DNA of 34,786 bases, taken from a virus. Lineage: Duplodnaviria > Caudoviricetes. The stretch spans positions 1 to 34,786 of IMG/VR virus record IMGVR_UViG_3300008009_000023. The stretch is one strand, 5' to 3'. The notes below the pieces were generated by a model that was not told the DNA's origin, ran no database searches, and saw nothing but the letters and a program-made list of their open reading frames with translations. Positions 9,129 to 18,140 of this stretch are shown here, piece by piece. Each line of letters starts with the position of its first letter. Position 1 is the first letter of the stretch. The position numbers were made by a program, and so were the translations under genes.

Positions 9129-11423
9129 TTACGCTGCTGCCTGCCAGTGATGCAGGTCCAGCATGTTGTCGCCAACTTCGGCATCCACAGGGAAGCCTAC
9201 AGGGCAGTTGATCCCGAAGAAGTGCTTCAGGAAGTGCGGGATCGCCTGCATGATCTTGACCATGCCAGCGACAACCCTGTCGAGAACCGTATGGTGGCAG
9301 TCTGCCCACACACAGTCGTGAACCGTGTTGACGAGGTACGCCTTGCCTCCGAAGAAGTCGTTCTTGACGAACCAGCGCCAAAGCTGACCGAGAACCATCT
9401 GCACAAGTTCACCTCCGGTGCCCTGCACAGGGTAGTTCTTCATCTCGGTCGGGCTGAAGGTGTCGGTGATCCCTTTCCGTCGCAGATAATCAGGCGCATC
9501 GTATGACCGGAACGAGTAGGTTGTGCCTGTGACTGCTTGGTACGTTCCTCGGCGGAAAGTGCGGTATCCGCGCTCGCCATCATGGAACGGCTCAGAAGTC
9601 ACAGTAACTTCCCGCTCGACCGCCGCGTTGAACTTGGTAACACCGGGGTACTCCTTGTCCTCTGATTCGATCAGGGCCTTCACTTCCTCCACGTCCATCC
9701 CGGTCTCGGCAGCGATCAGGGCTGCACCGGCACCGTATGCCCGCTGGAAGCTGAAGATTTTGCACTTGGTGCGCTCCTTCTTCCACTTGCTGTACTCGGG
9801 GTGGTCCTCGTTCTTACAGGCGTCGAGGGCAAACTCGTAGCTGACGCTGTTCTTCAGCGCAACACGCTTGCAGTGGAAGTCCACCTTGTTGTTCAGGTCT
9901 CGACACAGGTTCGCGTCCAAGGACAGCAGACCCATGACGACTACCTCAAGCTGGCTGTAGTCGATCTCGCCCAGCTTGCCATCTTTCCCGAAGCGGGAGA
10001 CGAACATCGCTTTAACTTCCGACTTGTACTTGCCGGTCTCGGCGTCGAAGTCCGCTCGGGTGAGGTTCTGTAGGTTCGGGTCCGACGAGGACAGCCTGCT
10101 CGTGACTGTGCTGGTGTGGTTCAGCTTGTGGTGCACCATGTGGTCCCACGGCTGCACACAGGTGAGCATCCCCTTCTTCTCGCCGGTCTTGGGATCGGTC
10201 TTGACGTAGTACGTCCCGATCTCCTTATTCAGTCGGTTGGCATCGCCCAGCGCAGCGAGGAATGGCACGTTCCCGGCGTTTGCGGTGATTGTGTCGAGCA
10301 CTTCTCCGCTGGTGCTGTACACCGGCCCTCCGAGGCCATCGGTCAGGCTCGACTTCCAGTCGTCCAACGGTACGACGTATCCGGGGAACTCGTGGAAGAA
10401 GTCCTGATACTTTACCTTCAGTTCACCGGGGAACTTGACCTTCTTCGTCTTGTACTCGCCAGCCTTCTTGCCGCTCAGGTACTTGACGTAGTTGTCCGGG
10501 TTCCTACCGGGATCGTCCGGGTTCTCGGTCGTGGTGTGGCCCGTGGTCAGCACCCACTCGTGCCGTTCTTCCTGCTTGCGGGCCAATTCGCCCGTCTTAG
10601 GATCGACGTAGGTGTCCTGCTTCTGGTACTTGACCGTCCCGCCGAAGATCAGCGCAGACTTGTGCACCGGGCTGTTCCAGTTGAACGTCAAGCCCTCGGG
10701 CATGTCTTTGATGTACTGGCTCAGTTCCTCGTCAGCCGCAGCCTGTTCCACGAGGCGCTTGCGCAAGTCGTTCCGTGCTCGCTCCACGTCGATCTTCAGG
10801 CCCCGGAACTCCATCTCCGAGGTTGCGCACAGGCTGTCCATGCGCAGCTTGATCGCGGTGAGCATCCCGAGTTCTTCAGCGGCCTTGATCTGTCCGAGGT
10901 AGATGATCTCGGTGTTTCCGATGTCACCGCTGTTCCGGCCTTCTTCCTCGGTGCCTATCAGATAATCGAGCAGCAGATCACAGTCGATGTCGCTGGTCTG
11001 AACACCGGCATCCCATAGCGCCTTCACACCGTCGATCTTGACCCTGCCGCCGTAGGTCGGGGCGATCTGGTCGAGGCTGTTCATGTGGAACTTCTGCTGC
11101 TGGGCGTTCAGCAGGTACTCGGCGTACTGCGTACACCACACTCGCCCACCCCGCTTGAAGAAGGCGTGCAAGTTCTCACTGCTGAAGCGCATCTCGTAGA
11201 GCAACTCGAACTTCGCGTTGTGCGCCACGATCACGTCAACATCGTCGGGGATGTCCAGCGGCTTCACGCTGTCTGCGTCGTCGTAGAACTCGGCGCTGCA
11301 CCGCTCGTCACCCGCGACCTTCCAGCCGCGAGCGACAATGTAGTTCTCGGGAAGGAACGAGTTCGCCTTCCGTTTGAACCGAGTGTGCGTCTGGGTTTCT
11401 TCGTCAAGGATGAGGTACTTCAT
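9129..11423 (-). CDS. DNA polymerase, family A, with 3'-5' exonuclease
   Basis: Start MKYLILDEET (Exo I); HNAKFE; TSRLSSSDPNLQN; motif A DYSQLE; motif B RTKCKIFSFQRAYG; NYPVQG; motif C VHDC. Confidence 0.96.
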   Translation of the reverse strand: MKYLILDEETQTHTRFKRKANSFLPENYIVARGWKVAGDERCSAEFYDDADSVKPLDIPDDVDVIVAHNAKFELLYEMRFSSENLHAFFKRGGRVWCTQYAEYLLNAQQQKFHMNSLDQIAPTYGGRVKIDGVKALWDAGVQTSDIDCDLLLDYLIGTEEEGRNSGDIGNTEIIYLGQIKAAEELGMLTAIKLRMDSLCATSEMEFRGLKIDVERARNDLRKRLVEQAAADEELSQYIKDMPEGLTFNWNSPVHKSALIFGGTVKYQKQDTYVDPKTGELARKQEERHEWVLTTGHTTTENPDDPGRNPDNYVKYLSGKKAGEYKTKKVKFPGELKVKYQDFFHEFPGYVVPLDDWKSSLTDGLGGPVYSTSGEVLDTITANAGNVPFLAALGDANRLNKEIGTYYVKTDPKTGEKKGMLTCVQPWDHMVHHKLNHTSTVTSRLSSSDPNLQNLTRADFDAETGKYKSEVKAMFVSRFGKDGKLGEIDYSQLEVVVMGLLSLDANLCRDLNNKVDFHCKRVALKNSVSYEFALDACKNEDHPEYSKWKKERTKCKIFSFQRAYGAGAALIAAETGMDVEEVKALIESEDKEYPGVTKFNAAVEREVTVTSEPFHDGERGYRTFRRGTYQAVTGTTYSFRSYDAPDYLRRKGITDTFSPTEMKNYPVQGTGGELVQMVLGQLWRWFVKNDFFGGKAYLVNTVHDCVWADCHHTVLDRVVAGMVKIMQAIPHFLKHFFGINCPVGFPVDAEVGDNMLDLHHWQAAA

Positions 11424-11680
11424 GTTATCTCCCCCTGATATGCGAGGTTGTCGGTCCAGTATTCGCGCCACGTAGCGCCGTAGCACCCGCAGGCGAGCAT
11501 ACCGTAGCTGTCGAAACCCGAGCAGCAGTAGTAGTCGTTCAGGTTCTTGCGCCACAGGTCTCGCATCCCGTTGCGCAGCCAGCCCCATGCGAACCGACGA
11601 ACCTTGGGGTCCGCATAGGCGCAAGCGTTCAGCCAGATCAGCGCGGCGCTCACCTTCAGTCGGAACAGGAAGTCCTTCAT
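11420..11680 (-). CDS. Small Cys/Trp-rich hypothetical protein
   Basis: 86 aa with ATGA overlaps at both ends; CCSG...CGC motif. Confidence 0.65.
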   Translation of the reverse strand: MKDFLFRLKVSAALIWLNACAYADPKVRRFAWGWLRNGMRDLWRKNLNDYYCCSGFDSYGMLACGCYGATWREYWTDNLAYQGEIT

Positions 11681-11922
11681 TGCAGGTTCTCCCCGTCGAT
11701 CTTGTCAGGCAGCATAGCCAGCCAAGCGTGGTCAGTGCGCCACTCGGTGATGGCACGCTCGATGACCGCCTGCTTTCTCTTTGGCACTTCCTTGAGGACT
11801 TCGGCCATCAGCATCTCTGCATCCTCGGCCACGGTGCCACAGAACAGGCTGGCCCGCAGCCCGCCCCGTGCAGCGAAGGACAGTGCGGCCTTCGTCTTGT
11901 AGGTGATGTCGGCTTCACGCAT
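11677..11922 (-). CDS. Hypothetical protein
   Basis: Start MREADITYK at 11922 after AAGGAG; coupled to the ligase stop. Confidence 0.65.
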   Translation of the reverse strand: MREADITYKTKAALSFAARGGLRASLFCGTVAEDAEMLMAEVLKEVPKRKQAVIERAITEWRTDHAWLAMLPDKIDGENLQ

Positions 11923-12808
11923 CGGGTGTCTCCTTGTCGTCGCGCCAGAACTGGAAGGTCGGTTGACGCAGCGCGTCGTAGCTGTCATCCGCCTTGTACT
12001 TTATCTGAGCGATCCGGTTCGGCCATGTGCGGGTCAACCGGGTGGTCCAGCCGTGCCATAGTTCGCGGCGCTCATCGTGCGCCAGACGACCTGGACCAAT
12101 CCCGATCTCCGCGCCCTTGTAGCTGGCGATCAGACCACCAGCCATGCCCTTCGGGTTGCCGTCCTTGTCGATGGCTTCCTCGACCCCGATGATCCGCAGG
12201 TCGATGGTCGGCTCGCGCAGCAACTTCTGGTAGCCCCAGCTTCGCTTTCCCGGCACGAACGGGTCATCCCAATTCCGGGCGACCATGCCTTCAGCCTTCG
12301 GGAACTGGTTGCAGAAGTCCTCGAAGTGGTGCTCAAGCTGGCTCAGGTTCTCGACCCGCTGTTGCCGGAGCACATGCACCCGGCTGTGCAGGTCGTTCAG
12401 TTCCAGCATCGCCTCGTAGCGCCGCTCGAAACCGACCTCCTGAAGCGTAGGGGTGAACATCTCGAACAGACCGAGGGCCAGCCGGTGGCTCTGGTCGTCC
12501 TGCCTCCGAACGATGCCGCTGGTGTCCTTGAAGTCCGCATACGGGTCGCCCTGCTGGTGGACTTCCCCGATCAGCGTGCAGGGCGTGTCGAAGTAGCCCA
12601 GCGCAGCGTTGCCCCGGAACTCGTCTGCGAACTTCTGCACTAGTTGCCGCACCGAGGGAACGTCCTTGCCCTGCCGGGTGCGGCTCGTGTGGTTGCCGTC
12701 CGCGTCGATGTCGATGCGAACCGGCACGCCGTCGATCTTGTGGCTCAGGAACACGGGGAACTTCAGGTGCTTCTCGCTGAAGCCTTTCGCGAGTGGGATG
12801 GTGCTCAT
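11915..12808 (-). CDS. ATP-dependent DNA ligase
   Basis: Motif I HKIDG, LIGE, AEGMVAR, YQKL, C-terminal OB fold with LRQPTF. Confidence 0.93.
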   Translation of the reverse strand: MSTIPLAKGFSEKHLKFPVFLSHKIDGVPVRIDIDADGNHTSRTRQGKDVPSVRQLVQKFADEFRGNAALGYFDTPCTLIGEVHQQGDPYADFKDTSGIVRRQDDQSHRLALGLFEMFTPTLQEVGFERRYEAMLELNDLHSRVHVLRQQRVENLSQLEHHFEDFCNQFPKAEGMVARNWDDPFVPGKRSWGYQKLLREPTIDLRIIGVEEAIDKDGNPKGMAGGLIASYKGAEIGIGPGRLAHDERRELWHGWTTRLTRTWPNRIAQIKYKADDSYDALRQPTFQFWRDDKETPDA

Positions 12809-13380
12809 TGATTGCTCCCGTACATTGCAGTCATGCGCTCAGCGTACCAGCGCAGGAATGTGTCGATCCGCTCGTACAGCTTGTTCATCGTGCTGTCGTT
12901 GTAGATCACGTAGTTGAAGGCGAAGTCCGCGAGCGCTTCCTCACTGGCGTGCGCCTCAACCGGGTCAAGAGCCGGTCGAACCACGTTCACCACGACACCG
13001 CCCGCCCTGCGGATTGCGAGTGCCTCGTTCGGGAAGCGCACGTCATCGAAGATGATGTCGCCGTCGCCGGGCACGATCTGCTTCATCGCAGCATCGACCC
13101 AAAAGTTCTGCGAAATCAGCCCCCGCCCCCACTCCGTACCGAGGGTCTGCATTGCGTAGCGCGGGCTGCGTCCTGCGAGGTAGTCCGTTGGGATTTCCTT
13201 CAGGTGCCCTTCGATGAAGTCGGGGGTGGTCTCGGGTGAAACTCCCTGCTGTTCGAGCAGAGCGGCGATCATCGCCTTGAGAGGCCCGGCAAACTTGCGA
13301 GTGCCGAAGCCCTTGTCGTTCAGGTAGCGGGTGACGGTGCTCTTTCCCGACCCCGCCTTGCCGCTCAATCCGATCAGCAT
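12805..13380 (-). CDS. Deoxynucleoside monophosphate kinase (T4 gp1-like)
   Basis: IGLSGKAGSGKST P-loop, FAGPLK, SPRYAMQTLGTEWGR, DDVRFPNE, HASE. Confidence 0.92.
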   Translation of the reverse strand: MLIGLSGKAGSGKSTVTRYLNDKGFGTRKFAGPLKAMIAALLEQQGVSPETTPDFIEGHLKEIPTDYLAGRSPRYAMQTLGTEWGRGLISQNFWVDAAMKQIVPGDGDIIFDDVRFPNEALAIRRAGGVVVNVVRPALDPVEAHASEEALADFAFNYVIYNDSTMNKLYERIDTFLRWYAERMTAMYGSNQ

Positions 13381-13389
13381 GTGTCTCTC

Positions 13390-13959
13390 CTATGCAGATA
13401 GCCACAGGCGGGCCCAGCGGTCCATGAAGTGGTCAGCACCCATGTTCAGGTACTTCCTGTGCAGCTTGAGGGCGAGGTCGCCGTCAATGCCGAGGTAGCT
13501 GGGTGGCCAGAACTGGTCGTCCTCGGGCACGGGTTTCCACTGCGCCTTGCGCTCCACTTCCAGTGCGGCGTAGTCGTACCGCTTGACGGCGTGGTAGGTC
13601 TCCGGGCCGATGTAACCGCCGAGGGCGAAGCGTACTGCCGACTTGATGTGCGGCGGCTCCACAATGCCCATCAGCATCTTGTTCGGCGTGGTGTTGTCTC
13701 CGATGTACGCCTCGTGTGCGTCATGGATCAGGCAAGCGTATTCCAGCGAAGCCGGTACGCCCTCGTGCTCTGCGAGGTCCGCAGTCAGCATCGAGTGCTG
13801 AAGCACGCTCAGAGGTTCGATCCTCCCGTGGTGCCCGTTGCACCGTTTGATGTGAGACAGTGCGGTCACGATGTCGGTGAGCGCAACGTCTGCCGGGCTG
13901 AAGGTCGCGAGGTTGATGTACCTGCCCGACGAAACGCGCATCCAGATCGGATCAGCCAT
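13390..13959 (-). CDS. HD-domain 5'-deoxynucleotidase-like phosphohydrolase (YfbR-like)
   Basis: RCNGH, SVLQHS, LIHDAHEAYIGD; alternative start at 13968. Confidence 0.85.
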   Translation of the reverse strand: MADPIWMRVSSGRYINLATFSPADVALTDIVTALSHIKRCNGHHGRIEPLSVLQHSMLTADLAEHEGVPASLEYACLIHDAHEAYIGDNTTPNKMLMGIVEPPHIKSAVRFALGGYIGPETYHAVKRYDYAALEVERKAQWKPVPEDDQFWPPSYLGIDGDLALKLHRKYLNMGADHFMDRWARLWLSA

Positions 13960-14146
13960 CGGCTTCATCCTTCAGCACCTCGGCCAGCTTGCGCCAGCGG
14001 GCCGCATGGTGCTGTGCGATACCGAGGTCGCACGATACCCACGAGGGCCGCACGCCGGTGCCATACTGGTCGATGAGGCGCTGTGCCTCCTTATCGTAGT
14101 GCCCGGCCATGCGCATCGCGGTGGCCTTCGTGAGTTCCACGCTCAT
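13952..14146 (-). CDS. Small hypothetical protein
   Basis: MSVELTKAT..., 64 aa, ATGA-coupled to the upstream NDT-like gene. Confidence 0.55.
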   Translation of the reverse strand: MSVELTKATAMRMAGHYDKEAQRLIDQYGTGVRPSWVSCDLGIAQHHAARWRKLAEVLKDEADG

Positions 14147-14658
14147 TTTCCCAAGTCCTTTCTGAGCCATGCCGCCAGTTCGTCCATGTCCGCAGTCACG
14201 CAAGTGGCGAACTGGTACATCACGTCCCAGCGATCCTCGTTGCTGTCGAGCAGGATGTAGCCCGGAGTGCCTCGTCCGAGGAACCACCCGAGTTCCATGT
14301 GCCCGCTCTTGCCCGCAGGCAGCGCCAGCACCATAGTCTTGCTCGCCAGCATGTTGCGCCGGTCGAACTCGAAGGTGTTGACGCTGGCCGGTTCCTTCAG
14401 GGCTTTGGTGTAGGTGTATCCCACGCCCTTGTAGAACGCCTTCCAGTGGTCGTCAGCTTCCGGCCCCGCTGCGTACCAGTCAGCGAACACCTTGGCGTTC
14501 ACCTTGATGTGCAGTTCCTCCATGATCGAAGGAATGGCCGGGTTCCGCAGTGACCCTGCGAGGTACACGTCCCACAGGTAAGGCTTGCGGTTGTCGGGGT
14601 GCCCTTCGGCACCACCGTTCCGCATGAACTCCCAATAGGGCCTCTGTCGCTCGGTCAT
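14143..14658 (-). CDS. Nucleoside 2-deoxyribosyltransferase / nucleotide N-glycosidase-fold protein
   Basis: VYLAGS, FEFDRRNM, GKSGHMELGWFLGRG (catalytic Glu motif), WDVMY; ATG 14658 overlaps the upstream TGA. Confidence 0.8.
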   Translation of the reverse strand: MTERQRPYWEFMRNGGAEGHPDNRKPYLWDVYLAGSLRNPAIPSIMEELHIKVNAKVFADWYAAGPEADDHWKAFYKGVGYTYTKALKEPASVNTFEFDRRNMLASKTMVLALPAGKSGHMELGWFLGRGTPGYILLDSNEDRWDVMYQFATCVTADMDELAAWLRKDLGK

Positions 14659-16271
14659 CGCCAAGCCCTCCCATCACGAATGGTGCAGATCGTCCGCTTC
14701 CCGTTCTCGTAGGTCAAGATGAACGAGTGGCTCCACGACGAGAGGCCCTTGTTGTAGCCCATGTCGAGATGCCCGAAAACGCCTGCGGTGTACACCCCCT
14801 CAGTGATGCCTGCGGAGTGCGTGTGCCCGGTGTTGGCCTTGCCGACCGACCGGAGGTTCTTCGGGTTGCCGCGTGCACCGTTCGGCCCGAGATGCCCGTG
14901 AAGGCCGTGCTCTATCCCGGCGATGATGAGGCTGTCGTCCTCGTGCACGATGTTCCAGCGGTAGTTCTGCGGCAGGTAACGCTTCATCAGCGTCCAGAAG
15001 GGCCGAGGGTGTTCACCCTGCTCACGCTTCCGTGCACACAGGCCGTTCAGGTCGAGCCACGTCCGCATGTTCGCAGGATCGTGGAACGCCCGAGTGTCCC
15101 GCAGCCAGCCCTCGACCGCTTGGTCGTGGTTCGAGGTCACGATGTGGTGCACCGTGCCCGGTCGGGCCAGATGCGAGGACATCTTGCTCGCGATGTACTG
15201 GAACTCGCCCTCGACGCTTTCGCGCTTCTTGGCCCGCATCTCGTGCAGGAAGTGCGGATCGTTCCTGTTGTGGTGGTTGCGCGGCTGGAAGTCCACCGTG
15301 TCGTGGAACACCTGCTGCTCGGGGTAGAGCACGTCGATCACGTCGCTCATCACTTCCAGCACGGACAGGTCAACCTTGTTCCCGTGCAAGTCGCCATGAG
15401 TGACCACCTTTGCCCGCACTTGGCGCTCGATCTGTCCATCAGCGGTGTACTTGTCCGTCAGGTCGTAGATCGTGCCTGAGTTGTCGGCGTTGATCTGCCG
15501 TGCCCACCAGTGGCCGTTCTCATCGACCTCGACCAGCAGCGCACCGTAGACGTGGTGCAAGCTGGCCTTCTGCCCTGCGGCCTTCTCGATGTAGTTCCGA
15601 GCGGTCACAGTGCCGGTGGTGTAGCAGAAGCGCGCCGGGTCGTTCTTCATGGTCGGTACGCTGCGCATCGCCATCTTGGTGTGCGGGATGATAATGCTGG
15701 CACCGCGTCCGTAGTTCTCGAAGCCGGTGATCGGGTCAACCCGCGTGGGGATGATGTTCAGTTCACCGCACCAGATCAGGTCCGCTGCGATCTGCACGCT
15801 CTCGTCCGACACGAACGGCTCGATCCGAGGGTCGAACCAGATGTCGTCCTTGTCGCTCGCTTCCGCGCTGCCCGGCTTCACGCTGTTCTTGCCGTACTGC
15901 TGCTTGTTATAGGTGAAGCGGCTGATGTGCAGTTGCGCCTGCCGGTCCTCGACCAGCGCCATCAGGCTGATCCAGAACTTGTCGTTAAGGAAGGTGTTCG
16001 CCTGAGCACTCGTGAACACGAAGGTCGTGCCCGTGGCCCACTGGCGGAAGTCCTCGGGAGCGGCGATGGTGCCAGTCACCAGCGGTCCATCGTCCTCGGT
16101 CTCCTGCTCGGGCGGGGTTTCGAGCCACTCCCGCCACATGCTGCGGGCGGTGGTGTTCGCCAGCGTGAAGCCCTTGCGCCGCAGAGTGCGGAGTACACCC
16201 GTCAACCCTTCGGCACGGCTGGTCGTCCCCGCCGCAAGCGCGAAGTCCGTGAAGTCTGCTGTCTTTCTCAT
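14655..16271 (-). CDS. T5 A1-like protein with a calcineurin-like metallophosphoesterase domain
   Basis: FTSAQANT, GELNIIPT, YTTGTVT.RNY.EK.AGQKA..HH.YGALLVEVD, then GDLH, HD..DF..RNHH, SNHD, HGH, GHTH, LDMGYN.G.SSWS; start MRKTADF after AGGAG. Confidence 0.75.
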   Translation of the reverse strand: MRKTADFTDFALAAGTTSRAEGLTGVLRTLRRKGFTLANTTARSMWREWLETPPEQETEDDGPLVTGTIAAPEDFRQWATGTTFVFTSAQANTFLNDKFWISLMALVEDRQAQLHISRFTYNKQQYGKNSVKPGSAEASDKDDIWFDPRIEPFVSDESVQIAADLIWCGELNIIPTRVDPITGFENYGRGASIIIPHTKMAMRSVPTMKNDPARFCYTTGTVTARNYIEKAAGQKASLHHVYGALLVEVDENGHWWARQINADNSGTIYDLTDKYTADGQIERQVRAKVVTHGDLHGNKVDLSVLEVMSDVIDVLYPEQQVFHDTVDFQPRNHHNRNDPHFLHEMRAKKRESVEGEFQYIASKMSSHLARPGTVHHIVTSNHDQAVEGWLRDTRAFHDPANMRTWLDLNGLCARKREQGEHPRPFWTLMKRYLPQNYRWNIVHEDDSLIIAGIEHGLHGHLGPNGARGNPKNLRSVGKANTGHTHSAGITEGVYTAGVFGHLDMGYNKGLSSWSHSFILTYENGKRTICTIRDGRAWR

Positions 16272-16279
16272 GGTGTCTC

Positions 16280-16882
16280 CTATATCCGAAGTGACTTGAC
16301 GTGCATAGCACTGATGGCGTCTGCGCTGTAGCCGTTGCGCTCGCCAACGTACCTGCACCAGTTGTCCCACAGGAACTCCGCGCCGCCCCGATCTTCACAG
16401 AGATTGGCGTAGTCCATAGCCATGAGGGCTTTCCGCTTCATGCTCGCCTCCTTGTAGCGGCTGGCTTTGAAGCGGTACGGGTCGATCTCGAAGATGTTCG
16501 AGTTGTGGGTGTCCATGCAGCCTGTCTGGCCGAACACCAGTTGGTTGACGAAGCCACCCTTCACCAGTCCGAGGCCCGGAAGGCTGGCTAAGAACTTCAG
16601 CGTCTCGATCTCAGCGACCCGAGGGTCAGCGAAGCCTGCGTGTAGGTTGCAGGCAACCCGGTACACTTCGTCCTTGCTCTCTTGCAGCCACTCGTAAGCG
16701 CCCAGCTTGAAGCCCCACAGGTACTTGCTCTCGGTTCCTGCCCGGTCAACATCCCGCATTGCTTCTTCGATGGTCGTGATCGACTGCTGGATCGTCAGGT
16801 ACACGAAGGTGATAACTCGGGCCATCTGGTCTGGCCCGGTCATCGCGTACTGGCTGATCTCACTCTGGTCCCTCTGAAACAT
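16280..16882 (-). CDS. HhH-GPD DNA glycosylase-superfamily-like protein
   Basis: Helix-hairpin-helix LASLPGLGLVKG followed by GCMDTH (compare the EndoIII VDTH motif); no Fe-S Cys motif; alternative start at 16888. Confidence 0.65.
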   Translation of the reverse strand: MFQRDQSEISQYAMTGPDQMARVITFVYLTIQQSITTIEEAMRDVDRAGTESKYLWGFKLGAYEWLQESKDEVYRVACNLHAGFADPRVAEIETLKFLASLPGLGLVKGGFVNQLVFGQTGCMDTHNSNIFEIDPYRFKASRYKEASMKRKALMAMDYANLCEDRGGAEFLWDNWCRYVGERNGYSADAISAMHVKSLRI

Positions 16883-18140
16883 CGTCATCTCCGTTGACTA
16901 CGGGCAAGTCCTCGTACCTCGCGATCTGAGGCTTGTAGGAGACACAGGCACGAGGGTCGCCCGGCGATCCCTCGCGGCGCAGCTTGTTCTTCGGCAGGCC
17001 GATGAAGCGGGCATTGGCGTAGCCCAGATCGTCCACCGAACCGATCATCAGGATGAAGTCGCAGGCACCCTGCTTGCCGGTCTTGCTGTCCTTCAGCATG
17101 TGGTCGGCTGGGAACTGCGTGTTCGCACCGTCCGCGCTGATCTGGCTTGTGGCGATGCCAGCGAAGTCGTACTTCACCGCCAACTCCCTCGCCCACTGGT
17201 ACATCTTCTCCAAGGCGAGGTCCGTCCGAGCAGCGTCACCGAAACCGCGCACGTTGTCGATCATGTCATACACCACCAGAGAAGGCTGGTGCTGCTCCAC
17301 GATCCGCTCGACTGCGTAGGTGTCCATCCCGTGGATGTCGAACACTTTGATCTTCCACTGGTCACCCTTGACGGCACCCTCGTACTCCGTGAGCATACGC
17401 CCTCGGCGGTGCAGGTCGATCAGGCTGGACAGCGGCATACCGAGTGCGGCCTGCCACAGACGGGTGTAGATGCGGTTGCCCGGACCCTCGTTGTTGAGCC
17501 ACAGGACAGGTTGATCCGTCTGCGATGCCAGATGCGTGATCTCCGACGCGAGGAAGGTCGTCTTGCCCTTGTCAGGCCGACCGGCAACGATACCGAAGTC
17601 TCCGGGCCGTAGACCCCTCATGCTCTCGTTCAGGCAGTCCAGCCGCCAGCGAAGGCCCTCGTCGTTGATCTCTTGGTTCAGTATCTCGTCCACGTTCACA
17701 CGAATGAAGTCCAGACCCTTGATCCGCGCATCGCGCTGGAACTGCGTCAGGATCGTGTCGAGTTCGCCGTGGATGTTCCCCACGTCGCCTTCCTCGAACT
17801 TCATCACGAGCGTGGCGAGGTCAGAGGACAGCCGCAGTTCGAGCAGGGAGTGCAGAACCACAGCGCGCTCATCGTCTGGTACATCCTGCGCCACCCGCTT
17901 CAGTATCGCTGCGTAAGCGTGCTTCTGCTCGGTGGTCATCTTTGGGTGCCAAGACGAGAACAGCGGCGCGAATGTCTGAAGGTTCACCTTCTCGTGCGTG
18001 GGGAACTTGTCGAAATACTTGCCGAAGTCCTTCAGCAGTGCGACTGTGGTTTTCTCCATGCTTTCCTGCGGCACGCGACCGATGACCTTGCGGTATTCGT
18101 CTCGGTATTTCAGGATTTGGAGTAGCTTCAGGTCGATCAT
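16860..18140 (-). CDS. Replicative DnaB-type (SF4) helicase
   Basis: Walker A GRPDKGKTT, NNEG, VYDMID, TSQ, SKTGKQGACD, KNK. Confidence 0.95.
   Translation of the reverse strand: MIDLKLLQILKYRDEYRKVIGRVPQESMEKTTVALLKDFGKYFDKFPTHEKVNLQTFAPLFSSWHPKMTTEQKHAYAAILKRVAQDVPDDERAVVLHSLLELRLSSDLATLVMKFEEGDVGNIHGELDTILTQFQRDARIKGLDFIRVNVDEILNQEINDEGLRWRLDCLNESMRGLRPGDFGIVAGRPDKGKTTFLASEITHLASQTDQPVLWLNNEGPGNRIYTRLWQAALGMPLSSLIDLHRRGRMLTEYEGAVKGDQWKIKVFDIHGMDTYAVERIVEQHQPSLVVYDMIDNVRGFGDAARTDLALEKMYQWARELAVKYDFAGIATSQISADGANTQFPADHMLKDSKTGKQGACDFILMIGSVDDLGYANARFIGLPKNKLRREGSPGDPRACVSYKPQIARYEDLPVVNGDDDVSEGPE

Noticed and set aside
9129-11756. 875-aa N-terminally extended polymerase, and VHDC motif C as an oddity
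   Set aside because: The extension overlaps two real small genes and the RBS supports ATG 11423; the catalytic Asp is intact and non-Glu residues after HD occur in related phage polymerases
13390-13959. HD protein as DatZ of a 2-aminoadenine (Z) genome
   Set aside because: No PurZ or MazZ in the window, and the motifs fit generic YfbR-like enzymes
16280-16882. Canonical thymidine hypermodification pathway
   Set aside because: No dUMP hydroxymethylase, dCMP deaminase or 5hmU DNA kinase is visible
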